Program-made: the position numbers and the translations under genes
Shown here: one piece after another, positions 24,587-37,619 of the stretch
How the letters are laid out: each line of letters begins with the position of its first letter
Position numbering within the stretch: the first letter of the stretch is position 1
Origin: the human T2T-CHM13v2.0 reference genome, Homo sapiens
Length of the DNA: 64,000 bases
Direction: 5' to 3' (one strand)
NCBI RefSeq assembly: GCF_009914755.1
Contig: NC_060944.1
Notes under the pieces: generated by a model
What the model saw: only the letters and a program-made list of their open reading frames with translations
Told to the model about the DNA's origin: nothing
Database searches by the model: none

Positions 24587-24679
24587 AACACAGTAGTATT
24601 GCAAGGAGAGGATAAGTGCTTGGAAGAAATTACCTATTTCTTCCAAGCACTTATCCTCTCCTTGCAATACTACTGTGTT
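24587..24679. repeat. Perfect inverted repeat, 44-bp arms with a 5-nt loop
   Basis: aacacagtagtattgcaaggagaggataagtgcttggaagaaat (24587-24630), then tacct, then its exact reverse complement (24636-24679). Confidence 0.97.
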
Positions 24680-25482
24680 TATTGTGTCTCTGGCCTGTGC
24701 CCAGCCTTCACAGAAGCGGCCCCAGCCCTAGAGACCCAGAGTTGGTGCAGTTGTATTGGGTGGGCCTGGATGCCTCCTGCTGCCCCCTAGATCACACCCC
24801 TCCCTCTGGTGGGGGCAACTGAGTCTTCCTGGGCTCGCCGGGGTGAGTGCATGCCCCAGGCCTGGCCAGTCAACCCATCACAGCAACTGGTAATAGCGTG
24901 TGACCAAGCTGGGCCCGAGGACATCACGCGGGGACTCCTGCTGCGATGGCTGGGAAGGTGCTCTCTACCTGGGGTTGCTGGGCCCGTGGTGCAGGGAGGC
25001 CCACGCTGGGGAAAGCAGGGCTGATAGGGGGCACAGATGATCCCCTGAAATCCATCTGTGCCTGCCACCTAGGAAGGCCCTAGAGGTTTTGGTGAGGGAG
25101 CTAATAATTTCCTTATTGGTTAGGCCGGCTAGAGGCAGGCTCACACCAATGGCTTGGTCTCTGAGTAGTCCAGGGTCTTCTCCCTGGCAGAGGCCAAGGG
25201 ATGGGACCCGGGGGCTGGGATCGCTCTGCATGGGGACCTCACCATGACGCCCAGCTCAGTCCTGAGGAGGCTGGTACCCACAGGAGGGGGTGGTGCCCAC
25301 AGGAGGGCTCATGCCCACAGAAGGGGCTGGCTGCAACCCTCACACCCACCCCTCACTGCACCTGGCCAGGAGAACGCGCCTGTCACTGTTTGGGGAAAGA
25401 AGGAAAAGAGAGACTGGGGGCAGTTGGGTTTTGATCCGATTGGAATTCTTCCTCCCACAACCCTTAAAAAAAAATGGATTTA

Positions 25483-25803
<321 letters not shown>

Positions 25804-27559
25804 TTAAAAGAGACATCGACAGGCGCACAAACCCTTGCTGTGATGGAATGCAGTGGGGCCCGGGCAGGGATGGTGCGGGTGTAGGGTCCTGCAGTCTGGG
25901 CGACCTTGGGCACTGCCACCTCCTGGGCCTCCTCTTATCTACAGTCCTGGGAGTTGCCGCTGACGCCCTCCTGGGCTCTGGCACTTTATGACTCTGTGAA
26001 GAAACCCAGCTGGCTCCATGGGCACCGAAGCCCCAGCACACAGGCCTCACGGGGTGCAGGCCTCCAGCTGGGAGGCTCAGTGGGAAGCTGGGAGTTCTGG
26101 ATGGACCCTCCACACCTGGAGCTGGAAGTGGAACCTAAGGGTGCCCAGGTGACCTCTTGTCCCCACCTGGTCCCCATCTTGCTGCTTCCATGAGGCCCCT
26201 CCAGGAGGGTCACCCTTGAGGCCAACCTGCTGGGGCCCAGTGTGATGAAAGCAGGGTGGGCCTGCCCCCAGCCCATGGCTGCGTGGGCAGCAGAGACATG
26301 TCCTGAGGGGCCTTGGGGAAGCAGCCCGGGATGCACCCCCTCTCAGCATTTCCACAAAACCAGGCCCTCCCCACTGTGGCAAAGGGCGACTCCTTCATCT
26401 GGGCAGGACCCGGAGCCCACCACCTGTGCCCAGAATGCCTACGGGCAGGGAAGGACTGCCGTGTCCGTCTATTTGAACATGGGGCAATGTGCTGCTATTC
26501 AAATGGAGGAATTAGTGATGAATGGGGGAAATTGTTCCTCCCTCTGTCCCGTCTCCAGAAGGAGACAAAAACCCCTTTTACCTCAGCAAACAATGCCCTT
26601 ATGTGGGCGCCAGTGCCCCGCAGCCCGCACAAGCCCAGCTCTGTGCGAACCACCAATCGCCACACCGCGCTCTGGGGCCCACAGCCAGTGGCACCCTCTC
26701 CCGGTGGGCGACTCCCACCAGCTCCCAGGCTAGGCTCGGAGAACGGGAAGGCCCACCATCCCTGGGACCATAGGCCAGGTACACGGCCACTGGAGGCCAG
26801 CAGGCCCTGCGTGCAGACTGCCTTCCGTGTCCAGAGGTGTGGCTGCTGGAGGCAGTGCCGCCTCCATGAGACTCTGTCACAGCAGCAGCCAGGCGGGGGA
26901 TGGGAGGGGCATCAATAATTCACACACAACAGGGCGACGGGGGAGGAGGGGGTGGGAGACTGCTGGAGCCACGGCCCACCATGGCCAGGGAGGCGTGGAC
27001 AGTAGGGCTATGGGCTGTGGTCTGGGGGTGCTGACCCTGCTCTGAATTTGAGGCGTGCACCTCCCCAGGACTGGCCCCCTGCCTGCTTTGACAAAGGCCA
27101 GCGCCCAGGCTGTGTTTACACGATGCGTAGTTCCAAGGAGCACCAGGCTCAGGGCAGGCTGCCCAGCTCTTCCTCCAGAAAGGCAGGAGGGGTGCAGGGG
27201 TCAAATGGGGGACACTAGGACCCTACCATCCGGGTGATGGGGCCACACGGGGCACCTGCATTCTCCACGTGGCCCTCAGGCCCCAGCTGCCTGCACAGCT
27301 GCCCTCCTGAGCGCCCAGCTCTGTCCCTGTGGTTCACACAGCCTGGCCCGGCCCCAGCCACGGAGCAGGGAGCCCATGCCCCCCATCTGGGTGCCACACT
27401 TGCCCCCTGATTTGCAGCCCCGGGGCGCCAGTTCCTCTACCCCCACAGCATGCGCCTCCTCTGCGTGTGCCCCTCAGTGCCCGGGCAGTGGGCGTTCCTG
27501 CTGAAACTCTGGTCACTCTTTGCTTAGGCAGGTGCCAATTTAGGCCCTCACAGTCGGGA

Positions 27560-27865
27560 GCAGCACTGTCCGACAGAAACAGAGTGGGAGCCGCATGAGG
27601 GATTTGAGTGCCCTAGTACCCACATTTTAAAAAGTAATAAAGAAACAGGTGAAATCAATTTTAATAATCTACTTTATTTAACCCAATATATCCAAAATAG
27701 TACCATTTCAACAAATAATTGATACCGTGTTATCAGAGCTGAGATATTTCACCTTCTTCTTTCCTACGGAGCCGCTGAGACGCAGCGTGTATTGCACACC
27801 TGTCTGCACTAGCCTTTTCCAAGGCTCAGTAGCCGTCCTTGGCTAATGAATTAGACGTCACACAC
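27560..27865 (+). mobile_element. MER33-like hAT-Charlie DNA transposon remnant
   Basis: cagcactgtccgacagaaa start and aaagaaacaggtgaaatcaattttaataat...ttaacccaatatatccaaaata core match the recalled MER33 consensus. Confidence 0.8.
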
Positions 27866-28855
27866 CTAGATCTTCCCCTAAAACTGAAATCATTTCTCTC
27901 TGCAGAGACCCTGGGGTTCCTGGCCCGTAGAGAGGTGTCCAAGCTGCAGATGATGTTCAGGCCTTGGGACAGGTGGCTCAAGCGGTGGGGCCCTGGAGAC
28001 AGACACCACCTTCAGTGGAGGGGGAGGTGGACACCAATTATGCGTCAGGTCCCGAGTGTCAGGCGGCGGGTAACTCATCATGCCTGATTTGCACAACCAC
28101 CCTCTGCAGCAGACATCAGGGAGGAACCAGAGGCTCCAGGGGGAAGTCACCGACCCATCACCCGGGATGAGTGGAGGCGCCCAGACAGGCCCCAAAGCAC
28201 CACCCAGGCCGCCCAGTGCTCTCAGACATTCTGGGAGCCTCCAAGGCCAGCCTTGATTTGCCCATCTGTACTGTGGGACAATTCCCTACCCCTGCTACCA
28301 GACTGCTCCACTTCCTAGAGCCCCTCCCCCAACACCTACTGGCCACTGATGCCCCGGGGAAGCGCTCCCAGGATGAACTGCCTGTGTGTGGGTGTTCTCC
28401 CTGGCCCCGTCCTCCAGGCCAAGCACAGGCGGTGAGAAATAAACACTAATTCAGTGTGCAAAGATCGAGCCGAGACACACAGCCTGCTCCCCGTGTTCTC
28501 AGAGCAAACAGAGCCACTCCAGGCCACCATGTGTGAATGATTCACGGGGCAGGGCCCTGGCCCCAAAGCCCCTGCAGGCCCTCCTCCAGCCCTCCCGGAA
28601 GCCAGTCTGGGTTCGGTGCATTGCAGTCCTTAGGTCGGAGTGATGACGCCAACGCGGCCTGGTCACTTCCTGGTTCCTGGGAAAGTCACCCTTGAACAGG
28701 CTCCCGGTGGAGGTGCCTCAGGAGGGCCTGTCCCTGACACAGGAGCCTGCAGGATGGAGCTCTGTATGTGTCCTGGGCTGAGGGGTGGTGGCGAAGGGCA
28801 AGGGCACTGATCCCCACGTGGCCCCACTGGGCCAGGCTCACCTTCACCTCCATTC

Positions 28856-29140
28856 TTTTTTTTTTTTTTTTTTTGAGATGGAGTCACTCTGTAGCCCAGT
28901 GGTGTGATCTTGGCTCACTGCAACCTCCACCTCCTGGGTTCAAGCGATTCTCCTGCCTTAGCTTCCTGAGTAGCTGGGATTACAGGTGCCCATCACCACG
29001 CCCAGCTAATTTTTGTATTTTTAGTAGAAGTGGGGTTTTGCCATGTTGGCCAGGCTGGTCTCAAACTCCTGACCTCAAGTGATCTGCCTGCCTTAGCCTC
29101 CCAAAGTGCTGGGATTATGGGCATGAGCCACCACGCCTGG
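28856..29140 (-). mobile_element. AluS-like
   Basis: Antisense Alu dimer. Confidence 0.9.
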
Positions 29141-31493
29141 TTCACCCACTTTCTCAGTAGGTGAACCTCTCGGCTCCTCAGGCCCCAGAGCTTGTCCTCC
29201 CCAGCATCCCAGACAAGGCCAGGGCTGTGTAGGCCCTGCCCACTCCTGGATAAAGGGATCTCTCGGTGCTGTCTCCCAGCGTCTCTCACCCCTTGGCGGG
29301 CCGGGGCCCAGCACAGCCCAGCATTGTCTGTGCCGCCTGCGGCCCAGCTGATGATGGACACTTTCCTGTGACCCGGGACTGCCAGTGTGGCCCACAGCCA
29401 ATCCCTGGAAGGCTTGGGCCCCAGCTCTCTGCTCCTGGGGGAGGGGAGGCCAGGAGGCCGCCGCCTGCTCATCTGTTGTGGGTATTTGGAGCCTTGAGGA
29501 GGAACAAACAGCTCTTGCTCCTGGGGTGGGGGTGGGTGGGACCTGCACCCAGAGAATGGGGCCCAGCTCTGGTTTCTGGCCTCAGCTGTGAGAATTAGGG
29601 TCAGGGCAATGGACACAGCCATAATGAGCAGGTGTTGGGGAGAAGGCTTGGCTTAAAAGCCCACTGCAAGAGAAGCCTTTCACAGGCCAGCCCAGGGAGG
29701 CTGGTGCAGGGGCCACACCTCCTGCCATGCAATACTGACCAGAGCAGACGTCTGGCCATGAGTGTTGGGTCCAGGGGGAGGCAGCAGCAGGCCGGAGTTC
29801 TGTGCCTCCTGGTGGGAGAGGGCTGCTGTGACCCAGGGATGGGCCCAGGGGAGGGTGGGCATCACCTGAGGAGGACACTAGAAAGAGCCGCGGCACAGGG
29901 GTAATGCGGGTAATGGTCTCTGAGCCCGGGTGGCCTGGTCGTTACTCCCACCAGCTCCTTCCCCATCAGCCTTATGGCTTCCTGCCTGATCCCTCACTTG
30001 AACGGCTTCACGCTGTGCTGGGGACACCCCATGGCACCCTGAGTACCAGAAGCCAGAAGCACACTTCTGCCTGGCACCTTCTCCTTGGATGGCAGCACTG
30101 ACTCCTCGCTGCCTGCTTAGCTGCCCATCAGTGTGGGCACCTGGATGGGTCTGGCATTTGCCAGATTGAGAAGCAGGGTCTTGGGAACTTGGGGTCCCTG
30201 GACAGGGCCTGGCACATGTGGGTGGGGAGGGAGGGACAGGGACTCAGGACAAGCTGTGAGTGCCTGGGTCTGGTTGACACCAAGGACCCCCTAGCCCAGC
30301 TCCCTTTACGAAGAAGCACAACCCGGGCGGTGGTTGGGAGCTGAGAGCAGGGGTGGGGATGCCGCTGAGGGTGGCTGTGAGGTAAGCTGCAGTCAGGGTC
30401 CCACAGGCCTCCATGGCAGAGGGGACCAAGGGAGACCAGGCTGGCTGAGGAGGCAAGACTGGACCAACGGGGTGGTGCGCAGGGCTCAGAGAATCTGGGG
30501 GAGGTGAGGAAGACCGCCCACATCCAGTCCCAGCCTGGCCCCCAATGGGCCTGTGCTGTCCACATCTGGTCCTCAACCGCCTGGCAAGGTGGGCCAAGAT
30601 GATCACCCCCAGCCCAGCAAGGGGTTGGCACCCGCCCAAGGCTGCCTGGCAAGGAGGGAACTGAGCAAGATCTGAGCTCTGTGTGCCCCCACACTTCCCT
30701 GCAGACCTCTTGGAGGCCAGGGAGGAGGCACACAGGGGAGGGGGCCGGGCCAAGGAGAAGAGGCCAACAGCACTGCTGCTGTAAATACCGAGCCCTGGGC
30801 ACTCAGGAAACACACCTGCTCCCCAGAGACCCGCCCTGCTGCCCAGTTTGCATTTCTGGGTGGCGGAGGGCCCCACCCAAGGGCAGCAGGGGCCAGGAGG
30901 TAGGAAGCCTTGGTCTTCTCACTAAGAGCTCCTGGGGGCATGCCAGGATGAGGGGCCACAGCCCCCAGGCCATGTCACAGAGAGAAGCTGTGGCCCAGAG
31001 TTGGGGGATCGGCTAGCTCAAGACCATACTTCGGGGAAGGGCCGGCCAGATCCATGGCACAGCACCCAGGACCTGCCTACAGGATGCCACATATTGGGCC
31101 CGACCACTCCATCCTCCCAGAACCCTTCCATGCCAGACCCTCCCCAGATGGCCTGGCTGTGGCCTCTCTGCCCTTCTCTCCTGGTTGGAGCTTGGGGTCA
31201 TAGGGAGCTTTTGGAAACAGGTGACCCAAGAAACCCTCAATCCTGGCATCGGGCACCTCCTCCCTTCCCAGCCCCCTGCTGCCACGCCTCTGCCCAGCTT
31301 CCCAGGCCACCTCCTCCCAGGCCCTTTCTCTGATTCCCCATCTCTGCCAAGAGTGACTCAGTGGCCGTTGGTTGAGCACCTATTCAGTGCTAGGGCCTGG
31401 GGATAAAGCCCAGGACAGGAGACTCAGGCCACATGGGGCCAGCCCTGAGGGGCACCCTGCAGCGCCACTTCCAGCAATGAAAAACAGGGACTT

Positions 31494-31898
<405 letters not shown>

Positions 31899-32239
31899 TT
31901 ACTTCCCCTCGGAGACGATGTTTCCTGCCCTGTGGAACAGCGACATGTATAGCTCTGGGCTCACAGGGTCAGGCTGGGCACACAGCAGGGTCAGGCTGGG
32001 CACACAGCGGGCTCAGGAATGGGACCCCAGTCACTGGACTGACTAGACAAGCTTTGAACTGTGGCTGGCCCACATCAGTGTCAGGGAGGCCAATGACTAT
32101 GTGAGAAAAAAGGCGCCAATACTGCCTCATTGAAAAGAAAATGAGGCTCTGGTTACTTAGATACATAGAAAAGTCTGAGAAAAATAGGGCCCCAGACATC
32201 ATTATTTTTCATTTTCTTTTTTCCTCCTTTATTTTTCTA

Positions 32240-32547
32240 TTTTTTTTCTTTTTTTTCTTTTTTTTAGATGGAGTTTTGCTCTTGTTACTCAGGCTGGAGT
32301 GCAAATGGTGTGGTCTCGGCTTACTGTAACCTCCGCCTCCCGGGTTCAAGCAATTCTCCTGCCTCAGCCTCCGGAGTAGCTGGGATTACAGGCATGTGCC
32401 ACCACACCCAGCTAATTTTGTATTTTTAGTAGAGACAGGGTTTTTCTATGTTGGTCAGGCTGGTCTCAAACTCCTGACCTCAGGTGATCCACCCGCCTCA
32501 GCCTCCCAAAATGCTGGGCTTACAGGCGTGAGCCACCGCACCTGGCC
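32240..32547 (-). mobile_element. AluS-like
   Basis: Antisense Alu dimer. Confidence 0.9.
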
Positions 32548-33989
32548 TTCTCCTTTATTTTTCTACAATAATTGTAATACTTCTGAAATAAGGGGAGAAA
32601 TAAGGGACATTTCTACAAAGATGTGGCTCCTGCCCTCAGCAAGCTGACAGCCTGCAGGGGTCCCACACTGGTGCCTGTTTGGCTTCAACCAAACCCCAGA
32701 CTCCTCCAGGGAGGTGGGGACAGGGCTCATCACCCCTGTGTGTCACAAGGCCAACGCTGGTGTGACTAAAGTGGCCAAGAACCTGGAAGAGCCAAAGGGC
32801 CCTCAGTGCCTTTGTCCAGACTCAGGCCTGCACAGTGCGGGAGCCCGTGTGTCCCAAGGCCCAGGTTGGAGGAGCGGCCTCATCTGAGAGGCGCACACAC
32901 CAGGCCCTGACCTGCCCCAGCCAGGGCTCCACACGACTCTTGCTCAGCAATCCCCCGACTGCCCACCCTGCAGAAGGCGGATGCAGGCCCAGCGAGCAGA
33001 CCCCTGCTCTCCCCTGGCGCTGGCTTCCTGTCTGCCCAGGAGGTGAGTAATGTCCGCTCCCTGCCCCCACGCATCCCTTCTGGAGGCCAGACGGGCCTCA
33101 CATTTTCCGCTCAGGAAGGGGCAGAGTGAGAGGCCTGCTGAAGCACATCCAGGGGAAACGGAAGGAGTGGCCCCGCCTGCCGGGTCAGGAACCTGGGCCA
33201 GCCCCGGCCTGCAGGAGGCGCACTGGCTCACCTGCCTCCGTGCATGCCTTCGTTCATTTTCATCCACTCATTCATTCAACAAACAGCACCCCAGCACCTG
33301 CGTGGTGCCAGGCCCTGTGCTGGGTGCTGGAGGCCTGGCTCTCAGGGTGCTTATGGTACTTGGGGAGGAGACTGCATCAAACAGATCATCCCACAGGTGG
33401 CGGCGTAAGTACAGACGGATGTGCTGTTCAGCCCCGAGGCAACGCCAGACCACAGTGCCTCTGGACAAAGTCTCTCAGGCATCCTCCCTCCACACCCTAT
33501 GATGTGCACAGAGCCCTGTTCAGACCCAAAAGAAAGCCCACGCCTCAGCCGGGGCTTGGCCGAGGGTCTTTAGGGGACCTGGCCCGTGCCTGGGCAGGAA
33601 ACTGTGGCAGGAGCTGGCCCGCATGGCCCTGGGCCCCAAGGAGGGAGCGCCCCAAGTGTGTGGAGAGGGCCTTCTTTGGTTCCCTAGCTGCCCTGCCCAT
33701 CTTCTGGGGACCCTCACACATGGCCCCTGCCCCTGCCAAAGGGGAGAGAGGAGAAGCACTGGCACCTCCCCAACTCTGGCTGAGTTGCCCCAAGTCTCTC
33801 CCTGATCCTAAGTTTCCTCCCCATGAGATGAGGGCACTGTGAGTGGTGCTCCCTGCCAAGCACCAGTGGCTGTGATCGCAGGGACCTGGGAGCATCCCAG
33901 GACTTCAGAGTGTGGGGAACTGGTGTAAAGAGGTCTGGGAGACCAAGACTCGCAGCCAGTGGCAGGGTTGGGGGCAGAAGCCTAACTGT

Positions 33990-34333
33990 GTTTCAGGACA
34001 AGCAGACACTCACCCCGGTAGAACCTCAGAGGCAAGCTCCCGGGGAGTGAAAGCTGTGGCACCCGCACAACTCACTCTTGGGCTCAGTTTCAGGACAAGC
34101 AGACACTCACCCCGGTAGAGGCTCAGAGGCATGCTCCCGGGGAGTGAGAGTGGACACTCACCCCGGTAGAGGCTCAGAGGCATGCTCCTGGGGAGTGAGA
34201 GCAGACACTCATCCCGGTAGAGGCTCAGAGGCAAGCTCCCGGGGAGTGAGAGCAGACACTCACCCCGGTAGAAGCTCAGAGGCAAGCTCCCGGGGAGTGA
34301 GAGCTGGCACCCGCACAACTCACTCTTGGGCCC
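33990..34333. repeat. Minisatellite: five copies of a 51-bp unit within a higher-order duplication
   Basis: Units start at 34001, 34098, 34149, 34200 and 34251. Consensus agcagacactcaccccggtagaggctcagaggcaagctcccggggagtgag. Confidence 0.95.
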
Positions 34334-34497
34334 AGTGGTCTCCGCCATGGGATTTGCTCTGCCACTCAGCCTTCATCTGCCTTTGTTAAAATCTTTAAAG
34401 AAGGGCCCCAACAAATCCACAGCTGTAGATCTGTGCTAACTGCCTGGCTCCCTGAAATCACTCCTGGCTGGATCACTTGTCAGCAGGGATGGGGTGC

Positions 34498-34906
34498 TGA
34501 TATGGTTGGGATCTGGGTCCCCTCCAAATCTCATGGTGAAATGTGTCCTCCAGGGTTGGAGGTGGGCCTGGTGGGAGGTGTCTGGGTCATGAGGGGCAGA
34601 TTCCTTATGAGTGGCTGGGTGCTGTATGGAGTGAGTTCTCACTATGAGTTCATGCGAGAGCTGGTTATTTAAAAGAGCCTGGTACCTCCTCCCTCTCTCT
34701 TGCTCCCTCTCTCACCATGAGACATGCCTGCTCCCCCTTCACCTTCTGCCATGTCTGTAAGCTTCCTGAGGCCTCACCAGAAGCCAAGCAGATGCTAGTG
34801 CCATGCCTGTACAGCCTGTGGAACTGTGAACCAAATAAACCTCTTTTCTTTATAAATTACCCAGCCTCAGGTATTCCTTTATAGCAACACCAAACGGACC
34901 AACACA
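34498..34906 (+). mobile_element. MaLR solo LTR (MST family)
   Basis: TG...CA termini, ccaaatctcatg and aataaacctcttttctttataaattacccagcctcagg motifs, 5-bp duplication ggtgc/ggtgt. Confidence 0.9.
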
Positions 34907-37477
34907 GGTGTGTCATCAGCACAGCCTTGGGAGTCCCCACACTCCCGGCGAAAAGAAAAGGCCCAGGTACTCAGATGGGAAGGATGTCCCCAGAAACAAA
35001 CAACCCAACTTATCCCCCATCAGAGGCGGAGCTCCATCTGCTCTGCAATGGTGTGCTTGGGTAGGTCTCAGTAAATGTTTGTTCGTTTGTTCATTCGGGG
35101 ATAACAGACATTCAGCAGGTACCGACAATGGGCCATGTTCGCAACCGAGTCCCAGGGGCAGGGCAGAGACCAAGACTGACCTTACAGCAGGCCTCAGACT
35201 TCCACGAAGGACGGAAGGCCAGAGCCCACACACCAAGCCCACCTGGGCATCAGTGGGGTTGGGGGGCTTCTGCAATGGAGACCCTCGGGCGGGGAGTGGA
35301 GCACACAGAGGGCTAAAGCGGGTGCCTCTGCTTGGGCTGTCCCTGCCTAGTCCTGCGTCAATAACAGGGGCCTGAGAGTGCTCTGATGGGAGCCCCTTGA
35401 CTCACTCATGGGAGCTGGACCTCACATTTCTGCACCGTGAGCACCTTCAAGAGGGGCTGGTTGTATGTCTCCAGGGGGGCCAGAAGATGGCCCAGGACTC
35501 TAGGCTGGAAACCCACTGCTCTGGACAGACACCAACAGGCCCACAGGCCCAGAAGAGGCAGCAGAGGCCAGGCCAGCTGCCTGGGCCTTCCCAAGGCCTG
35601 TGCCCTGCCCAGGGTCTCAGCCAGCCAGCGGGGTGGCCCACAACTCCATGAGTGTCTCGGAGGGGACAGTGAGGCCCACGGCCCTGTGGTCAACAGCATC
35701 CTCCCTGTCCCAGCTCTGGTGTCCATCAGGAGGGGAAGGTGGTGTCTGACTACCCCAGGCTGACCCCGCACTGGGCTCTTGGGGACCTACAGACCCCCCA
35801 GCCTCCCTGCATCTCTCAGCCTCATCCTCATGGCCAGGCCAGCCAGCCTCTGGGCAGCAGGTGCTGAGGGAACCCCATGGACCCCACAGAAATGCCACTG
35901 TCAGCTACCTGATCCTGACAGCCCCCAAATCACCAGACCTCCCCAGGACGTGTCTCCAAGAGAGATCACGCTCTCAAAGGGTGGTCATGAGGAATAACAG
36001 CATGAGATCTGCTTGGGAATGAGTAGGGGGACCATGGTCCCTTCAGCCCCACTGCTCTGGGTTTCTGAACAACTGTCCCAGACCCTTCTTGTGGGGGACC
36101 ACAGCCTGTGGCCCCAGCTGGGCTCTGCAGGCACCGCCCTCAGTGTTCCTTGGGCGTGGCCTCAATCGGCTCAGTTGAGGCGGGAGGTCAGCTGCTGCGC
36201 TTGTCCCAGCCCCAGAGCCCCCCAGAGCACGTGGCTGCCCCCGCCGGTCCCCACCCCCGTGGGAACGCTGGAAGGCGGCACTGGCCTGGGAGGCTGGCAG
36301 CACGAGGGGGTCGCACCGACCTCACGAGGCATCAAGCACAAAAGCCTTTTCTTTGCCGGCAGCCACGCACCCCACTCCTCCTGCAGCCACTCCCTGTGCT
36401 CCCCAGCCCCTGGCCCAGACACCTCCAGCTGCCTCCAGACTGGGTCTCCTCCCAAACAAAGCCGGATTCAGGCCTTCGGGAGGCAGGCGCGCAGGTTCTG
36501 CCATGGAGATGAACTTTGACCCAAACAGCAAGGCTCCTACCCCTTATTTACTCTTTAAGGCTGACCCGTTTCACAGAGTTCACATTACACCCCTTTTTAA
36601 TCCGCACCTCCCTCCCACATTCCAGGCCTCGACCTTCAACCCCTCCTAATTGCTGGCTCCGGCTCCTACACCCCAGTTCTTGGGCCCAGCTCACTCATCC
36701 CTGCCCCCAACCATCTCCTCCACGGAAACAAAGGCGATGCTGGGGTGCTGTGCTCACAGGGCCACCTCACAACCCTGGCACACCAAGGTAGATGCCAGGG
36801 TCCCAGAGCCCAACCACTTGGGGGAGTCCACGTGGAGGCCGGGGTGGATCTTTGGGGTCTGATTCCTGACCCTAACTCTCCAACCCCTGAGAAGGAAGCC
36901 TCTATTCCAAGGGAGGCTGGAGTAGGCTGCCTGGCAGGCCCTGCGCGGAGGCGGTCAGGGCTAGGGAAGAATCCGGACAGCTCCCCAGCCAGCCGCATCG
37001 CATCCCAAGGGGCTAGGGTGAATGTGGGCAGCTGCACTGCCTGGTCACTCACCAGGTGACCTGGGCTATAGCCTCACATGTGGCTGCAGAAACACAGCTT
37101 GTTTCCCTTGCTGGGCAGCGGAACTGCTCTGGGTTAGGTACACTGTGAACCTTCCCAGGCCTGCCCCTGGTAACTCTGAAACCCACATTGCAGAAGCCCA
37201 TGGCATCCCGGCAACCAGGCAGACCCCCCGCCCCGCAGGCTGCCAGTCCCATGGGCTCTCTCCCTCATCTTTGGGAGGAAGGAGCCAGGAGCTGGGGCAC
37301 TGGGGCCCATGGAGATGCTGAGAACACTGGGGGCAGTGCAAGCTTGGGCCTGAGCCACCCAAAGGCCTTGGCCCAGATTCCGCCACCCTGGAGTGTGTCC
37401 ACACCTCTCACCTGAGGACAACTGGGAGCAGGGGGCCGGGCACAGCCCCTCCTCAACTGCCACCAAGGGGCACTCAC

Positions 37478-37619
37478 CGTCCTCTTGACTGTGGAGGTTC
37501 TGCGGGCTCCGCATCCTCTCGTCCTGGCTGGGGCTCAGGCTGGAGGCCAGGTGCGGGTCAGCTGACATCCATGTGGAGTCGCTCATATCAAAATCCTCGC
37601 TGCTCACAGAAGTCTCATC
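37478..37619 (-). CDS. NOL4L: NOL4L exon [23 protein letters not shown]...SQED; the ATG of the 436-aa form is at 37586
   Basis: Acceptor ccctgctcag, donor G|gtgagt, 142 nt. 109+278+186+192+123+202+221 = 1311 nt = 436 aa plus stop. Confidence 0.93.

Noticed and set aside
33990-34333. CRISPR-like reading of the palindromic repeats
   Set aside because: The intervening sequences are near-identical rather than unique spacers, there are no cas genes, and the context is primate intron.
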